From NCBI GenBank assembly GCA_964619475.1, contig CAZUEQ010000002.1:1-37441 (forward strand): DNA of 37,441 nt, written 5' to 3'. The stretch comes from an uncultured Gammaproteobacteria bacterium. GTDB taxonomy: Bacteria > Patescibacteriota > Microgenomatia > UBA1406 > GWC2-37-13. The position numbers and the translations under genes were made by a program. Below the pieces are notes generated by a model. That model was not told where the DNA came from. It saw only the letters and a list, made by a program, of their open reading frames with translations, and ran no database searches. Position 1 is the first letter of the stretch; the number at the start of each line of letters is the position of its first letter. Of this stretch, positions 7,876 through 17,513 are shown in pieces.

Positions 7876-9158
7876 AAGAAATTGCCGATAAGATAAAATT
7901 ATTTCTTCGGGACGAACAACTAAAAAAGAAGCTTTTTTTTACCTTAGCCATTTTTCTTTTCTTCCGTATTTTTGCCTTCTTGCCGGTTTCAGTCATTAAT
8001 CTCGCAAAACTGAAAGTACTATTTGCCCAAAGCCAATTCCTTTCCCTTCTTGATATCTTTTCCGGAGGCACACTCATGAATTTTTCCATCATGGCACTCG
8101 GTCTTAATCCGTACATCAATGCCTCAATTATTCTTCAGCTTCTTTCTGTTATTTTTCCTCAGCTTGAACAGCTTTCAAAAGAGGGAGAGTATGGAAGATT
8201 TAAGATGAATCAATATACTCGCTTTCTGACGGTTCCATTAACCGTTGTGCAGTCAGTGGGTATTTTTGTTCTTTTGAAAAATCAAAAGATTATCGGAACC
8301 CTTTCTCCTTTGGAATTTTTCTCATTCATTTTTACGCTCGTCGCTGGATCGTTTATTCTTATATGGTTTGGTGAGCTTATTTCGGAATTCGGACTGGGAA
8401 ACGGTATTTCACTTATCATCTTTGCAGGAATAGTGGGAAGAATTCCTGTCATTCTAGGAAGAACTGCCTCAACAGTGACGCAAGAAACAGTAATTAACTT
8501 TATTGTCTTTTTAGTCGTTGCAGTTGTCGTTATTGCGGCAGTCGTATTCATTAATGAGGCGGTCAGACGAATTCCGGTCTACTATGCAAAACGGATTAAA
8601 GGAAATAAGGTATATCAAGGTGCAACAAACTATTTACCTCTGAAACTTAATCAGGCAGGAGTTATTCCTATTATCTTTGCAGTTTCATTCGTTCTTTTCC
8701 CACAGCTTGCAGGAAATTTCCTCCAGTATACAAAACAACCCGTTATAGCTGCGATTGCCCGTTTTCTTGTTTCCGCATTTAATCCGTCAGGTCTGGTATA
8801 TAATTTGCTTTACTTTGTTTTGGTTATCGGTTTTACGTTCTTCTACACTATCATCGTATTTAGCCCGCAAAAAATTTCTGAAGAAATCCAGAAACAAGGC
8901 GGATTCATTCCCGGCATTCGTCCTGGTACCGCAACGAAGCAGTATCTTGAACAAGTGTTGTATAAAATAACGAGCGTTGGCGCATTGTTCCTTGGACTCG
9001 TTGCCGTTATGCCTACTCTCGTATCTACCCTCACCGGTATTTCCGGATTAGTTATCGGAGGAACAAGTATTCTTATCGTCGTCTCGGTTATCTTAGAGTC
9101 TTTTAAGACGGTTGAAGCTCAGCTTGTTATGAAGAGCTACGATAAGTTCGCAAACTAA
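7872..9158 (+). CDS. secY: Preprotein translocase subunit SecY
   Basis: 428-aa multi-TM protein with GGTLMNFSIMALGLNPYINASIILQLL and the canonical position after rplO. Confidence 0.95.
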   Translation: MKEIADKIKLFLRDEQLKKKLFFTLAIFLFFRIFAFLPVSVINLAKLKVLFAQSQFLSLLDIFSGGTLMNFSIMALGLNPYINASIILQLLSVIFPQLEQLSKEGEYGRFKMNQYTRFLTVPLTVVQSVGIFVLLKNQKIIGTLSPLEFFSFIFTLVAGSFILIWFGELISEFGLGNGISLIIFAGIVGRIPVILGRTASTVTQETVINFIVFLVVAVVVIAAVVFINEAVRRIPVYYAKRIKGNKVYQGATNYLPLKLNQAGVIPIIFAVSFVLFPQLAGNFLQYTKQPVIAAIARFLVSAFNPSGLVYNLLYFVLVIGFTFFYTIIVFSPQKISEEIQKQGGFIPGIRPGTATKQYLEQVLYKITSVGALFLGLVAVMPTLVSTLTGISGLVIGGTSILIVVSVILESFKTVEAQLVMKSYDKFAN

Positions 9159-9218
9159 TAGCAAAAAAATCGGAACGATTTTTATCGTTGCATGACGTTA
9201 TAAACATTATCAAAAAAT

Positions 9219-9392
9219 ATGGCAAAAAAAGGATCACGTGTTCTTCTTGGGCTTGTTTGTGAAGTATGTAATAAACAGAACTACGTCACAGAAAAAAGCA
9301 AGATAAACACAACAGAACCAATCAAGCTGAAGAAGTATTGCAATCAGTGCAAGAAACAAACGCTCCACAAAGAGCGAAAAAAGTTAAGTTAA
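9219..9392 (+). CDS. rpmG: 50S ribosomal protein bL33 (Cys-containing form); absent from the ORF track because it is under 60 aa
   Basis: My own translation gives MAKKGSRVLLGLVCEVCNKQNYVTEKSKINTTEPIKLKKYCNQCKKQTLHKERKKLS*. The pattern CxxC..NY.T.K....L.LKKYCxxC...T.H.E is the bL33 signature. Confidence 0.85.
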   Translation: MAKKGSRVLLGLVCEVCNKQNYVTEKSKINTTEPIKLKKYCNQCKKQTLHKERKKLS

Positions 9393-9414
9393 TTTTTTTT
9401 ACTTTTAACCTTTT

Positions 9415-10536
9415 ATGAAGTTTGTACTCATTGGCATACAAGGATCTGGAAAATCAACACAAGGGAATCTTCTTTCCAAAATGTTTAAAATTCCTTACCT
9501 TTCGACCGGTCACATATTTCGTGAAATCGCAAAAGAGAAGACGACGCTCGGGCGTTATATTAAAGAAACGATCAATTCGGGTGTTCTTGTTCCGGATGAT
9601 AAGGCAATTGAGATTGCAAACGATTACCTTTCTCGACCTGAATACAAGAGAGGATATATTCTTGATGGATTTCCCCGCACGATAAAACAGGTTGAAAAGT
9701 TCAAAAACAATGTCGATAAGGTTATCTACCTCAATATTTCCGATAAGGAAGCATTGTGGCGCCTTATCAATCGCGATCAAAAACGTGATGATGAAACTCT
9801 TCCCGCGATAAAAAAAAGAATAGAAATGTACCATACATTTACGGATCCAGTCATTGAGTACTATAGAGAAAAAGGAAGATTGCTTGATATTGACGCAACA
9901 AAATCAATTGAGGTTGTGAATAAGCAAATTTTAGGAGAGCTTGGAAAACAGTTTGTCGAAAATAAAATAGTCGAATGGAAACCGAAAAAATCTATCCTCG
10001 CAATAGTCGGTCTTCCGGGAGTCGGAAAAACGGAAGCGGGGGATTTCTTCAAAATGAAAAATCTCCCTGTCATATCGTTCGGAAAAATAATCAACGATTA
10101 TATTGACAAGGAAGGTCTTGCTCATACGGAAGAAGTCCATAAAAAAGTGAGAGAAGATCTTCGTGCCAAACATGGAAGAGAAGCTCTCGCCGTGATGAAT
10201 AGGGAAAAGATACAAAGTGAATTAAAAAAAAGCCCAATAGTCGTCATAGATGGTATGCGCTCATGGGAAGAATATCTTTATCTGAAAAAAGAATTAAAAC
10301 ACGTACGTGTTTTCATATTGGCAATTTTTGTCGATAAAAGTAAACGAAACCTGCGTGCTTCAAAAAGAACATATCGTTCACGACTCTACGGAGAAGAACG
10401 GGATATTAATGAACTTATTGGCACGAACATGGGGCCAACAATTGCGTATGCAGATTTCTTGATAAAGAACAACTTTTCAAAAAAAGAATTTTTTGACAAG
10501 CTAGAGGCGGTCTATCGAGAGGTCTATTTTTCCTGA
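9415..10536 (+). CDS. adk: Adenylate kinase (short-lid type) fused to a second P-loop nucleotide-kinase-like domain
   Basis: Residues 1-180 read GIQGSGKSTQ...YLSTGHIFRE...ILDGFPRT...RDDE...IKKRIEMY, which matches Adk. Residues from about 190 to 373 carry a second Walker A motif, ILAIVGLPGVGKT, and VVIDGMRSWEEY. This resembles small archaeal-type UPF0200 or dephospho-CoA-kinase-like kinases; that match is from my recollection, not a search. Confidence 0.85.
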   Translation: MKFVLIGIQGSGKSTQGNLLSKMFKIPYLSTGHIFREIAKEKTTLGRYIKETINSGVLVPDDKAIEIANDYLSRPEYKRGYILDGFPRTIKQVEKFKNNVDKVIYLNISDKEALWRLINRDQKRDDETLPAIKKRIEMYHTFTDPVIEYYREKGRLLDIDATKSIEVVNKQILGELGKQFVENKIVEWKPKKSILAIVGLPGVGKTEAGDFFKMKNLPVISFGKIINDYIDKEGLAHTEEVHKKVREDLRAKHGREALAVMNREKIQSELKKSPIVVIDGMRSWEEYLYLKKELKHVRVFILAIFVDKSKRNLRASKRTYRSRLYGEERDINELIGTNMGPTIAYADFLIKNNFSKKEFFDKLEAVYREVYFS

Positions 10537-10542
10537 AAGAGT

Positions 10543-11295
10543 ATGATTATATATAAAACAGACGAAGAGATACGGATAATGCAAGAGTGCGGCGCCAAAC
10601 TGAAGCGGGCCATGAAAAAGCTCCTCCCTTTGGCAAAAGTAGGGGTGACAACGAACTTTTTGGATAAGAAGGCTGAGCAGTTTATCCGTGAGGAAGGCGC
10701 AGAACCGTCGTTTTCGAAAGTGGAAGGGTATAAATGGACTATCTGTCCCACGATAAATGAACAGATAGTACACACGCCTCCCAGTGAGCGGAAGCTCAAA
10801 AACGGCGACGTTCTTACTATCGATATCGGAGCATATTATAAGGGATTTCACTCTGATCACTCCATAACATTTGTTGTCGGAGACAAAACGACGCCAGAAA
10901 TCGAAAGGTTTTTGAAGGTGGGAAGAGACACTCTTGACAAGGCAATTGGAAAGGCAGTCCTTGGCAACAGGATAGGAGACATATCCTTGGCAATTGAAAA
11001 AGGAGTGGAGGGAGCGGGATATTTTGTCATGGAACAGTTGACAGGACATGGAGTGGGGCATGAATTGCACGAAGACCCGTTTATCCCCGGATTTTTGAGC
11101 AAACCGATTGAAAAAACCATTAAGTTGAAGAAAGGAATGGTCCTTGCCATCGAAGTAATCTATTCGATGGGAACGAACGATATTGCGTACGAAAAGGGCG
11201 GAGACTGGTCTATTGTAACGGATGATGGGAGTTTATCTGCTTGTTTTGAGCACACAATTGCCATTACCGATAAAAATACTCTAGTTTTAACGTGA
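10543..11295 (+). CDS. map: Type I methionine aminopeptidase
   Basis: 250 aa containing the metal-ligand context [34 protein letters not shown] and FEHT. Confidence 0.94.
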   Translation: MIIYKTDEEIRIMQECGAKLKRAMKKLLPLAKVGVTTNFLDKKAEQFIREEGAEPSFSKVEGYKWTICPTINEQIVHTPPSERKLKNGDVLTIDIGAYYKGFHSDHSITFVVGDKTTPEIERFLKVGRDTLDKAIGKAVLGNRIGDISLAIEKGVEGAGYFVMEQLTGHGVGHELHEDPFIPGFLSKPIEKTIKLKKGMVLAIEVIYSMGTNDIAYEKGGDWSIVTDDGSLSACFEHTIAITDKNTLVLT

Positions 11296-11318
11296 ATTTA
11301 TGTTACAATATACTTTCT

Positions 11319-11540
11319 ATGAAGGTAGACAGTAATGTCCTTGTTTTGGAAGGAGAAGTTGTTGAAAACCTTCCAAACACGTTGTTTCGAGTTAAGGTGG
11401 CTGATGCGGATAAGCTGGTTCTGTGTTATTTGTCTGGAAAGATGAGGAAAAACTATATTAAAATCTTGCCAGGCGACAGAGTCAGGTTCGAGTTAACAAA
11501 ATACGACATGGAGCGAGGCAGGATTACTTATAGAGTTTAA
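11319..11540 (+). CDS. infA: Translation initiation factor IF-1
   Basis: I chose the ATG at 11319. The protein reads [18 protein letters not shown]...[35 protein letters not shown]. Confidence 0.93.
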   Translation: MKVDSNVLVLEGEVVENLPNTLFRVKVADADKLVLCYLSGKMRKNYIKILPGDRVRFELTKYDMERGRITYRV

Positions 11541-11544
11541 CACT

Positions 11545-11658
11545 ATGAATATACAGTCATCTATCAAAAAAAGGTGTGCAAAATGCAAGATGGTGAAAAG
11601 AAAGGGAATGTTATATGTTACCTGTACAAACCCGAAGCACAAGCAAAGACAAGGGTAA
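11545..11658 (+). CDS. rpmJ: 50S ribosomal protein bL36 (zinc form); absent from the ORF track because it is under 60 aa
   Basis: My own translation gives [37 protein letters not shown]. It has the canonical position between infA and rpsM. Confidence 0.9.
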   Translation: MNIQSSIKKRCAKCKMVKRKGMLYVTCTNPKHKQRQG

Positions 11659-11692
11659 TGGTTTATTACTAATTTAATTTAATATTTGTTAT

Positions 11693-12136
11693 ATGGTTCG
11701 TTTATTTGGCATCATCATTCCCGACAAAGACAAAGTTTCTTACGGAGTTACTCGACTGTATGGTATCGGGAGAACAAACGGATTAGATGTACTTAAAAAA
11801 GCAAATATTGACTTAAAGAAGAGAATGAAGGACTTGTCAGAAGAAGAACTCAAAAGAATCTCAGAAGTAATTGAAAAAGAGCACAAGGTAGAAGGAGATC
11901 TGCGAGAAGAAATCAGTGAAAACGTAAAAAGATTAAAAGAAATCATTTCCTATCGCGGTTTGCGCCATATGCACGGATTACCGGTACATGGACAACGCAC
12001 AAAGTCAAACGCACGTACAAAGAAGGGAAAGAGAAAGACAGTTGGAGCGTTAAAGAAGGAAGCGTGGGCAAAGATGGAGCAGGGTAAAACCGGAGCAGCC
12101 GCAACCCCAGCACCAGCAGCAAAGGCAGCAAAATAA
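11693..12136 (+). CDS. rpsM: 30S ribosomal protein uS13 with an Ala/Lys-rich C-terminal tail
   Basis: 147 aa: VSYGVTRLYGIGRTNG...YRGLRHMHGLPVHGQRTKSNARTKKG, then the tail ...AAATPAPAAKAAK. Confidence 0.94.
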   Translation: MVRLFGIIIPDKDKVSYGVTRLYGIGRTNGLDVLKKANIDLKKRMKDLSEEELKRISEVIEKEHKVEGDLREEISENVKRLKEIISYRGLRHMHGLPVHGQRTKSNARTKKGKRKTVGALKKEAWAKMEQGKTGAAATPAPAAKAAK

Positions 12137-12150
12137 ATTATTAATAGATT

Positions 12151-12534
12151 ATGAACACACCACAAAGAAAATCAAAAAACAAAATAGTTGAAAGCGGAAA
12201 AATATTTATCACCGCAACATTCAACAACACCCTCGTTTCTGTAAGTGATGAAAAAGGCGCAGTACTTACGACAGGGTCAAGCGGTATGCATGGATTCTCC
12301 GGAGCACGAAAATCAACTCCTTATGCCGCAACGGTGACAACTGAGGCAGTCTTAAAGAAGGTTTCAAATGATAATGGATTTAGGAAGGCAGTTGTTTTTG
12401 TTAAAGGAATCGGTCCTGGACGAGAAGCAGCACTTCGTGCGATTAAGTCCTCTTCAGTAGATATTGACACAATAATTGATGTTACCCCAGTTCCACACAA
12501 CGGCGTTCGGCCTCCGAAAGTTCGACGTGTGTAA
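12151..12534 (+). CDS. rpsK: 30S ribosomal protein uS11
   Basis: 127 aa: FITATFNNTLVSVSDEKG...GFSGARKSTPYAA...DVTPVPHNGVRPPKVRRV. Confidence 0.95.
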   Translation: MNTPQRKSKNKIVESGKIFITATFNNTLVSVSDEKGAVLTTGSSGMHGFSGARKSTPYAATVTTEAVLKKVSNDNGFRKAVVFVKGIGPGREAALRAIKSSSVDIDTIIDVTPVPHNGVRPPKVRRV

Positions 12535-12570
12535 TGAGGGAGATTTTATTATGATTTTTATATTTGTTTT

Positions 12571-13191
12571 ATGAGATATACGGGTCCGAAGAATAGAATT
12601 GCACGAAGAGAGGGAATAGATCTTGGTTTAAAAACTCCGGGATCAAAGTCTCATACTCGTCTGATGAAGAAGATTGCCGTTCCTCCAGGCCAGCACGGAA
12701 TAAACAAAAGAAAAAAGGTATCAGAACGCGGACATCAAATCAGAGAAACACAAAAATTACGTTATATGTTTGGCCTTTCTGCTAAACAACTGAAAAATTA
12801 TTTTGCCAAGGCCGTCGCAACAAAAGGAAATACTGCATTATTTCTTTCCATTCTTCTTGAAAGCAGACTTGATAATGTTATCTATCGTTTAGGTCTTGCT
12901 CCCACTCGAGCAGCCGCACGACAGTTCATTTCACATGGACATATAAGTGTAGATGGAAAGCGATTAAATATTCCCTCATATCAACTAAAACCAGGAGAAG
13001 TTGTCGCTTTTGTATCGGAAAAGATGCAAAAAACACCTGTTGTTCAAAAAACACTGGAAACAAAAGATCTTATCATGCCACAATGGCTTGAAAAACAAGC
13101 GACAGTCGGAAAATTGCTTGAAAAACCAAACGAAAGTATCTTGAAAGAGCAAATAGATTTACGACTTGTTATCGAATATTTTTCACGATAA
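12571..13191 (+). CDS. rpsD: 30S ribosomal protein uS4
   Basis: 206 aa beginning MRYTGPKNRIARREGIDL, with the S4 domain LESRLDNVIYRLGLAPTRAAARQFISHGHISVDGKRLNIPSY. Confidence 0.95.
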   Translation: MRYTGPKNRIARREGIDLGLKTPGSKSHTRLMKKIAVPPGQHGINKRKKVSERGHQIRETQKLRYMFGLSAKQLKNYFAKAVATKGNTALFLSILLESRLDNVIYRLGLAPTRAAARQFISHGHISVDGKRLNIPSYQLKPGEVVAFVSEKMQKTPVVQKTLETKDLIMPQWLEKQATVGKLLEKPNESILKEQIDLRLVIEYFSR

Positions 13192-13221
13192 CCATTATTA
13201 TTTTTTAGTTGTATATTAGTT

Positions 13222-14151
13222 ATGATAACACCACAATTTCTAACAAAAATAGTTGAAAACTCGGAGTCTTTCGGTACTTTTTCGTTTGAACCTCTCGTTC
13301 AAAGTTTCGGAGAAAGTATGGGAAATGCGCTTCGCAGAACACTTCTTTCCTCACTTGAGGGTACAGCAATTGTTGCTGTCAAAATTGAGGGAGTCTCTCA
13401 CCTGTTTAGCACACTCAAAGGAGTAAAAGAAACAGCTCTTGAAATTACCTTGAATCTTAAACAGGTTAAATTCAAGAAAGGTGCCGAAGGAGTGCACACA
13501 CTTACATTAAACAAAAAAGGAATAGGAAAAGTATTCGCAAAAGATTTGGAAGGTGATTTGGAAGTCATCAATGGCGATCTTTATCTTGGAGAGATCACAA
13601 CAGAAAAGGGAAAGATTGAACTAGAAGTGATGGCCGAATCCGGATTTGGATACATTTTAGCTGAAGAACAGCCTGAACGTGAATTTGGATTTATCTCTAT
13701 CGATTCTGCTTATTCACCAGTAAAGAAAGTCATCTACAAGGTGGAGGAAGCTCGTGTCGGTCGAAAATCAAATTCCGACAGATTAATCCTCAACATTTGG
13801 ACAGATGGAAGCATTACTCCTGAAGAAGCTCTTAAACAGGCTTCTGATCTTCTTTCAAAACAGTTTGCTCATGTATTCGTGCAAAATGACGTACAAAAAA
13901 CAATGTCAGAAAGTGCAGTACAAGAAACAATCAATGCAGAAGCACAGGACAAGAAATTCAAAGATTTAATCATCGATGAACTCAATCTTCCGTCCCGAGT
14001 CGTGAATGCACTTTTGAGAGAAAACATTGAAACTGTCGCAGACCTTATCAAAATCGGAGAAGAAAAACTCGTCTCATACAAGGGATTAGGAAGAAAATCC
14101 ATCGATTTGATAAAGGATGAATTAAAAAAATTAGGATTTGAATGGAAATAA
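13222..14151 (+). CDS. rpoA: DNA-directed RNA polymerase subunit alpha
   Basis: 309 aa with FEPLVQSFGESMGNALRRTLLSSLEG and the C-terminal helix-hairpin-helix DELNLPSRVVNALLRENIETVADL. Confidence 0.95.
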   Translation: MITPQFLTKIVENSESFGTFSFEPLVQSFGESMGNALRRTLLSSLEGTAIVAVKIEGVSHLFSTLKGVKETALEITLNLKQVKFKKGAEGVHTLTLNKKGIGKVFAKDLEGDLEVINGDLYLGEITTEKGKIELEVMAESGFGYILAEEQPEREFGFISIDSAYSPVKKVIYKVEEARVGRKSNSDRLILNIWTDGSITPEEALKQASDLLSKQFAHVFVQNDVQKTMSESAVQETINAEAQDKKFKDLIIDELNLPSRVVNALLRENIETVADLIKIGEEKLVSYKGLGRKSIDLIKDELKKLGFEWK

Positions 14152-14152
14152 T

Positions 14153-14596
14153 ATGAAGCATCGCGTTGCAAAAAGAAAATTCGGGTTCGGATATGACGCA
14201 AACAAGATGTTGCTTCGCCAACTGTGTCGCAATTTTTTGCTTGAACAGACGTTGACGACAACAAAACAAAAAGCAAAGGCAGCACAAATAGCAGTCGAGA
14301 AACTTGTTTCAAAATCAAAGGTAAAAACAGAAGCTAATAAGAACTTTATTCTCAAATTTTTTGGAGAACAAGCGCTTGTTGACAGATTGTTTGATACTGT
14401 CGGACCAGCACTTGCAAAAGTGGAGGGTGGATATACACGTCTTACTTTAAGTGCACAACGTGAATCGGATGGAGCGATGATGGCACGACTGTCTTGGGCA
14501 CACCCGGTTGTTGCAGAAAAGAAAAAGATTGAAAAGAAAGCAGAAAAAGCAGTTGAAAAGACAGAAGAACCAAAATTAGTAGAAGAAAAAAAATAA
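14153..14596 (+). CDS. rplQ: 50S ribosomal protein bL17 with a Lys/Glu-rich C-terminal tail
   Basis: I chose the ATG at 14153 (MKHRVAKRKFGFG...), 1 nt after the rpoA stop. The protein contains GGYTRLTL. The tail reads EKKKIEKKAEKAVEKTEEPKLVEEKK. Confidence 0.92.
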   Translation: MKHRVAKRKFGFGYDANKMLLRQLCRNFLLEQTLTTTKQKAKAAQIAVEKLVSKSKVKTEANKNFILKFFGEQALVDRLFDTVGPALAKVEGGYTRLTLSAQRESDGAMMARLSWAHPVVAEKKKIEKKAEKAVEKTEEPKLVEEKK

Positions 14597-14614
14597 AAAT
14601 TTAACTTGATATAA

Positions 14615-15052
14615 ATGACTCAATTAACAAAGGTAACAAAACCAATTTCCGCAACCGAGATAAAAAGAGAATGGCATCTTATTGACGTAAAAGGAAAAGT
14701 AATCGGACGTGTTTTGACTCAGATCTCAACACTTCTTCAGGGAAAAAATAAAAGTAATTATTCTGCAAACATCGACATGGGAGACTATGTTGTTGTCATC
14801 AACGCAGGACTTTTGAGATTTACTGGAAATAAAATGAAAACAAAAGTATATGATTCATTCTCAGGCTACCCAGGAGGCTTGAAACAGGAGACAGCAGCCG
14901 AACTTTTGAAAAAGAATCCGACACGTATTGTTATCAATGGAGCAAGCGGAATGTTGCCGAAAAATAAATTACGAGATAAGAGAATCGCCCGTTTGTTTGT
15001 TTTTGCAGATGACAAACACACATACGCAGCAGAGCTCGGATTAAAAGCCTAA
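14615..15052 (+). CDS. rplM: 50S ribosomal protein uL13
   Basis: 145 aa: REWHLIDVKGKVIGRVLTQISTLLQGKNK...GDYVVVINA...GMLPKNKL. Confidence 0.94.
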   Translation: MTQLTKVTKPISATEIKREWHLIDVKGKVIGRVLTQISTLLQGKNKSNYSANIDMGDYVVVINAGLLRFTGNKMKTKVYDSFSGYPGGLKQETAAELLKKNPTRIVINGASGMLPKNKLRDKRIARLFVFADDKHTYAAELGLKA

Positions 15053-15072
15053 TTACTATTTTTATTGTATCT

Positions 15073-15528
15073 ATGCCAAAAAAATCTAAGGATATAAAAT
15101 TTTACGAAGGAGTCGGAAGAAGAAAAACGTCAGTTGCCGTTGTACGTTTATATATCCCAGGCAAAGATAAAGTGGCAGTCGTTGGAGAACAAAAAATAAA
15201 AGAAGGCGAAATGTGGGTAAATGGAAAAAAAATTGAAGAAACGTTCCCTTCTTTGTATCAAAAAGTCCAGTATCTCAAACCATTAAAACTCACAAAAGCA
15301 GATGACAGATTTTGTGTCTCCATCCAAGTAAGTGGAGGAGGAGTCAATGGACAATTGGATGCAGTCGTACACGGGCTTTCTCGAGCGATTGAAAAAACAG
15401 ATAAAGAACTTGTACGTTCTATTCTCAAAAAAGACCTCTTCTTTAAACGTGATCCACGCGCAAGACAAAGACGCATGGTAGGAACAGGCGGAAAATCACG
15501 AAGAGCGAAGCAATCTCCAAAGCGATAA
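15073..15528 (+). CDS. rpsI: 30S ribosomal protein uS9
   Basis: 151 aa: GVGRRKTSVAVVRL...GGGVNGQLDAVVHGLSRA...RDPRARQRRMVG..KSRRAKQSPKR. Confidence 0.93.
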   Translation: MPKKSKDIKFYEGVGRRKTSVAVVRLYIPGKDKVAVVGEQKIKEGEMWVNGKKIEETFPSLYQKVQYLKPLKLTKADDRFCVSIQVSGGGVNGQLDAVVHGLSRAIEKTDKELVRSILKKDLFFKRDPRARQRRMVGTGGKSRRAKQSPKR

Positions 15529-15552
15529 CGAAATATTGTATCATTATCACAT

Positions 15553-16437
15553 ATGAAAGATCTTTCCGTTATTATCGTCTCTTATAATACAAAAGACTTG
15601 ACATTTAAGTGTATTTCAAAACTTCAAAAAGCACTACAAATGGGACGGCTTTCCTGGGAAATTATTGTTGCCGATAATAACTCGACAGATGGCACACAGG
15701 AAGAACTTAAGAGGGTATCTGACAATAAAAAAATAAAATCTATTCTTAACAAAGATAACAAAGGATTTGGGAAAGCAAATAATCAGGGACTTGCTGTTGC
15801 AGAAGGAAGATATGTTCTGTATCTCAATTCTGACGTTTTGGTTCCTGAAGAAGCATTCTTCGATATTCTGGTTGCTGACATGGACAAACATCCGCTCCAA
15901 GGAGCCCTTACCGTTCGTGTCCAGTTCCCGACCGGTTCAATTGATCCTGCCTCACATCGCGGATTTCCAACCGTTTGGCGTTCATTTTGTTACTTCAGCA
16001 AACTTGAGTTTCTCACAAAAAATATTCCGTTTTTAAACAGAATATTTGGCGGATATCACCTTACCCATCTTCCGCTTAATACAAGACATGAAATCGATGC
16101 GCCGACAGGTGCATTTTTCCTTGCACGAAAAGAAATACTTTCGACACTTCACGGATTTGATGAAGACTTTTTTATGTATGGAGAAGATCTTGACTTAGCT
16201 TTGCGAATAAAAAGAATGGGATACTCCATTATTTATGAGCCGAAATTTACTGTCCTCCATTTGAAATATCAAAGCGGCATAAAAAAGAAAAATAACACAA
16301 AAGTCCGATCAAAAACAAAGGGATATTTCTACGAATCGATGGCAATTTTCTACAAAAAGCATTACGAGAAATTGTACCCCAGCTGGATTTCGGCATTAGT
16401 CTACGCAACAATTGCACGAAAAAAAGCAGCCGTATGA
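15553..16437 (+). CDS. Family 2 glycosyltransferase (GT-A fold)
   Basis: 294 aa with an N-terminal LSVIIVSYNTKDLT, then ADNNSTDGT, LNSDV and a DxD-type YGEDLDL. This is the classic GT2 layout. Confidence 0.85.
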   Translation: MKDLSVIIVSYNTKDLTFKCISKLQKALQMGRLSWEIIVADNNSTDGTQEELKRVSDNKKIKSILNKDNKGFGKANNQGLAVAEGRYVLYLNSDVLVPEEAFFDILVADMDKHPLQGALTVRVQFPTGSIDPASHRGFPTVWRSFCYFSKLEFLTKNIPFLNRIFGGYHLTHLPLNTRHEIDAPTGAFFLARKEILSTLHGFDEDFFMYGEDLDLALRIKRMGYSIIYEPKFTVLHLKYQSGIKKKNNTKVRSKTKGYFYESMAIFYKKHYEKLYPSWISALVYATIARKKAAV

Positions 16438-17513
16438 AGAAAAAAATTGGAATAGACGCTCGTTTATTATTCCAAACAGGGGTGGGGACATATCTCCAAA
16501 ATCTTCTTCATTTTCTTCCAAAATACATGTCTCCCGAACATTCCTACTATGTCTATTGTCTTCCCAAAGACAAAGACGCTGTCTCTTCCTTTTCTCCCTT
16601 GTTTATTCCGAGACCGTCTCCTTTCTTATGGCATACGGTGGGTGAGCAGGTAGGATTTTTATCAACAATACAAAAAGATAATCTTGACCTGATGCACTTT
16701 ACCTATTTTGGACATCCGATACTATATTCACGGCCTTTTATTTCTACCATTCACGATCTGACTCCACTTCTTTTCAAAACCGGGCGCGCATCAACAAATA
16801 AAATAGCGTATCTTGTAAAGAAAATAAGCTTTAATGCCGTCTTTCGCAATCAGCTGTTCAAAAGTAAGGCGATTATTACCCCTACCATGGTGGTAAAGGA
16901 GCAACTGGTAGAACTCTTCGGCCAGGAATGGGAAGCAAAAATATATCACATCAACGAAGGACTTTCCTATAGACTTCTTGAAGAGAAAAAGATAGTCGAG
17001 AATAAATACGAAAACTATTATTTATATGTGGGCAACATGTATCCCCATAAAAACGTGAAGAGCTTAACACAGGCATTTCTTAAAAGCGGATCGTCAAATA
17101 AATTAATAATCGCCGGACCGAATGATTATTTCACAGAGCTTCTTAAAAATGGTCTTGATACGACGCAGCGGGAAAAGGTAGTGTTTAAAACCGGGGGAAC
17201 GCTCTCTGAGCTACAAGCTCTCTACAGAGGAGCACAGGCTCTTATTCATCCGTCGCTCTCCGAAGGGTTTGGTCTCCCCATCATTGAAGCGGCACATTAC
17301 GGTCTTCCCATTATTGCATCTGACATCCCGGTGTTTAGAGAGTTGTTGGGAACATCTTATTATTCCTTTGACCCTTACGAAGTAACATCTATTATTTCTG
17401 CCATAGATCAGTTTGAAAAAGATGCAATAAAAAAGAAACCTGCACTCAGACAGGAGTACTCTTTTGAGCGTATGGCAGAGCAAACGCACAAGCTGTATGA
17501 AAAATGCGCATAA
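16434..17513 (+). CDS. GT-B glycosyltransferase (GT4 / family 1 type)
   Basis: 359 aa beginning MKKKIGIDARLL, with the C-terminal motif LIHPSLSEGFGLPIIEAAHYGLPIIASD (EX7E region). It overlaps the GT2 gene by 4 nt. Confidence 0.85.
   Translation: MKKKIGIDARLLFQTGVGTYLQNLLHFLPKYMSPEHSYYVYCLPKDKDAVSSFSPLFIPRPSPFLWHTVGEQVGFLSTIQKDNLDLMHFTYFGHPILYSRPFISTIHDLTPLLFKTGRASTNKIAYLVKKISFNAVFRNQLFKSKAIITPTMVVKEQLVELFGQEWEAKIYHINEGLSYRLLEEKKIVENKYENYYLYVGNMYPHKNVKSLTQAFLKSGSSNKLIIAGPNDYFTELLKNGLDTTQREKVVFKTGGTLSELQALYRGAQALIHPSLSEGFGLPIIEAAHYGLPIIASDIPVFRELLGTSYYSFDPYEVTSIISAIDQFEKDAIKKKPALRQEYSFERMAEQTHKLYEKCA

Noticed and set aside
9174-9189. Small hairpin AACGAT-TTTT-ATCGTT just after secY, considered as a possible terminator
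   Set aside because: The stem is only 6 bp and AT-rich, and no T-run follows it. That is too weak to call an intrinsic terminator.
10501-11070. 189-aa ORF on the minus strand, opposite map
   Set aside because: It lies entirely antisense to a methionine aminopeptidase with intact metal-ligand motifs. Its translation is Cys/Phe/Ser-rich with no recognisable motif. This is a typical shadow ORF.
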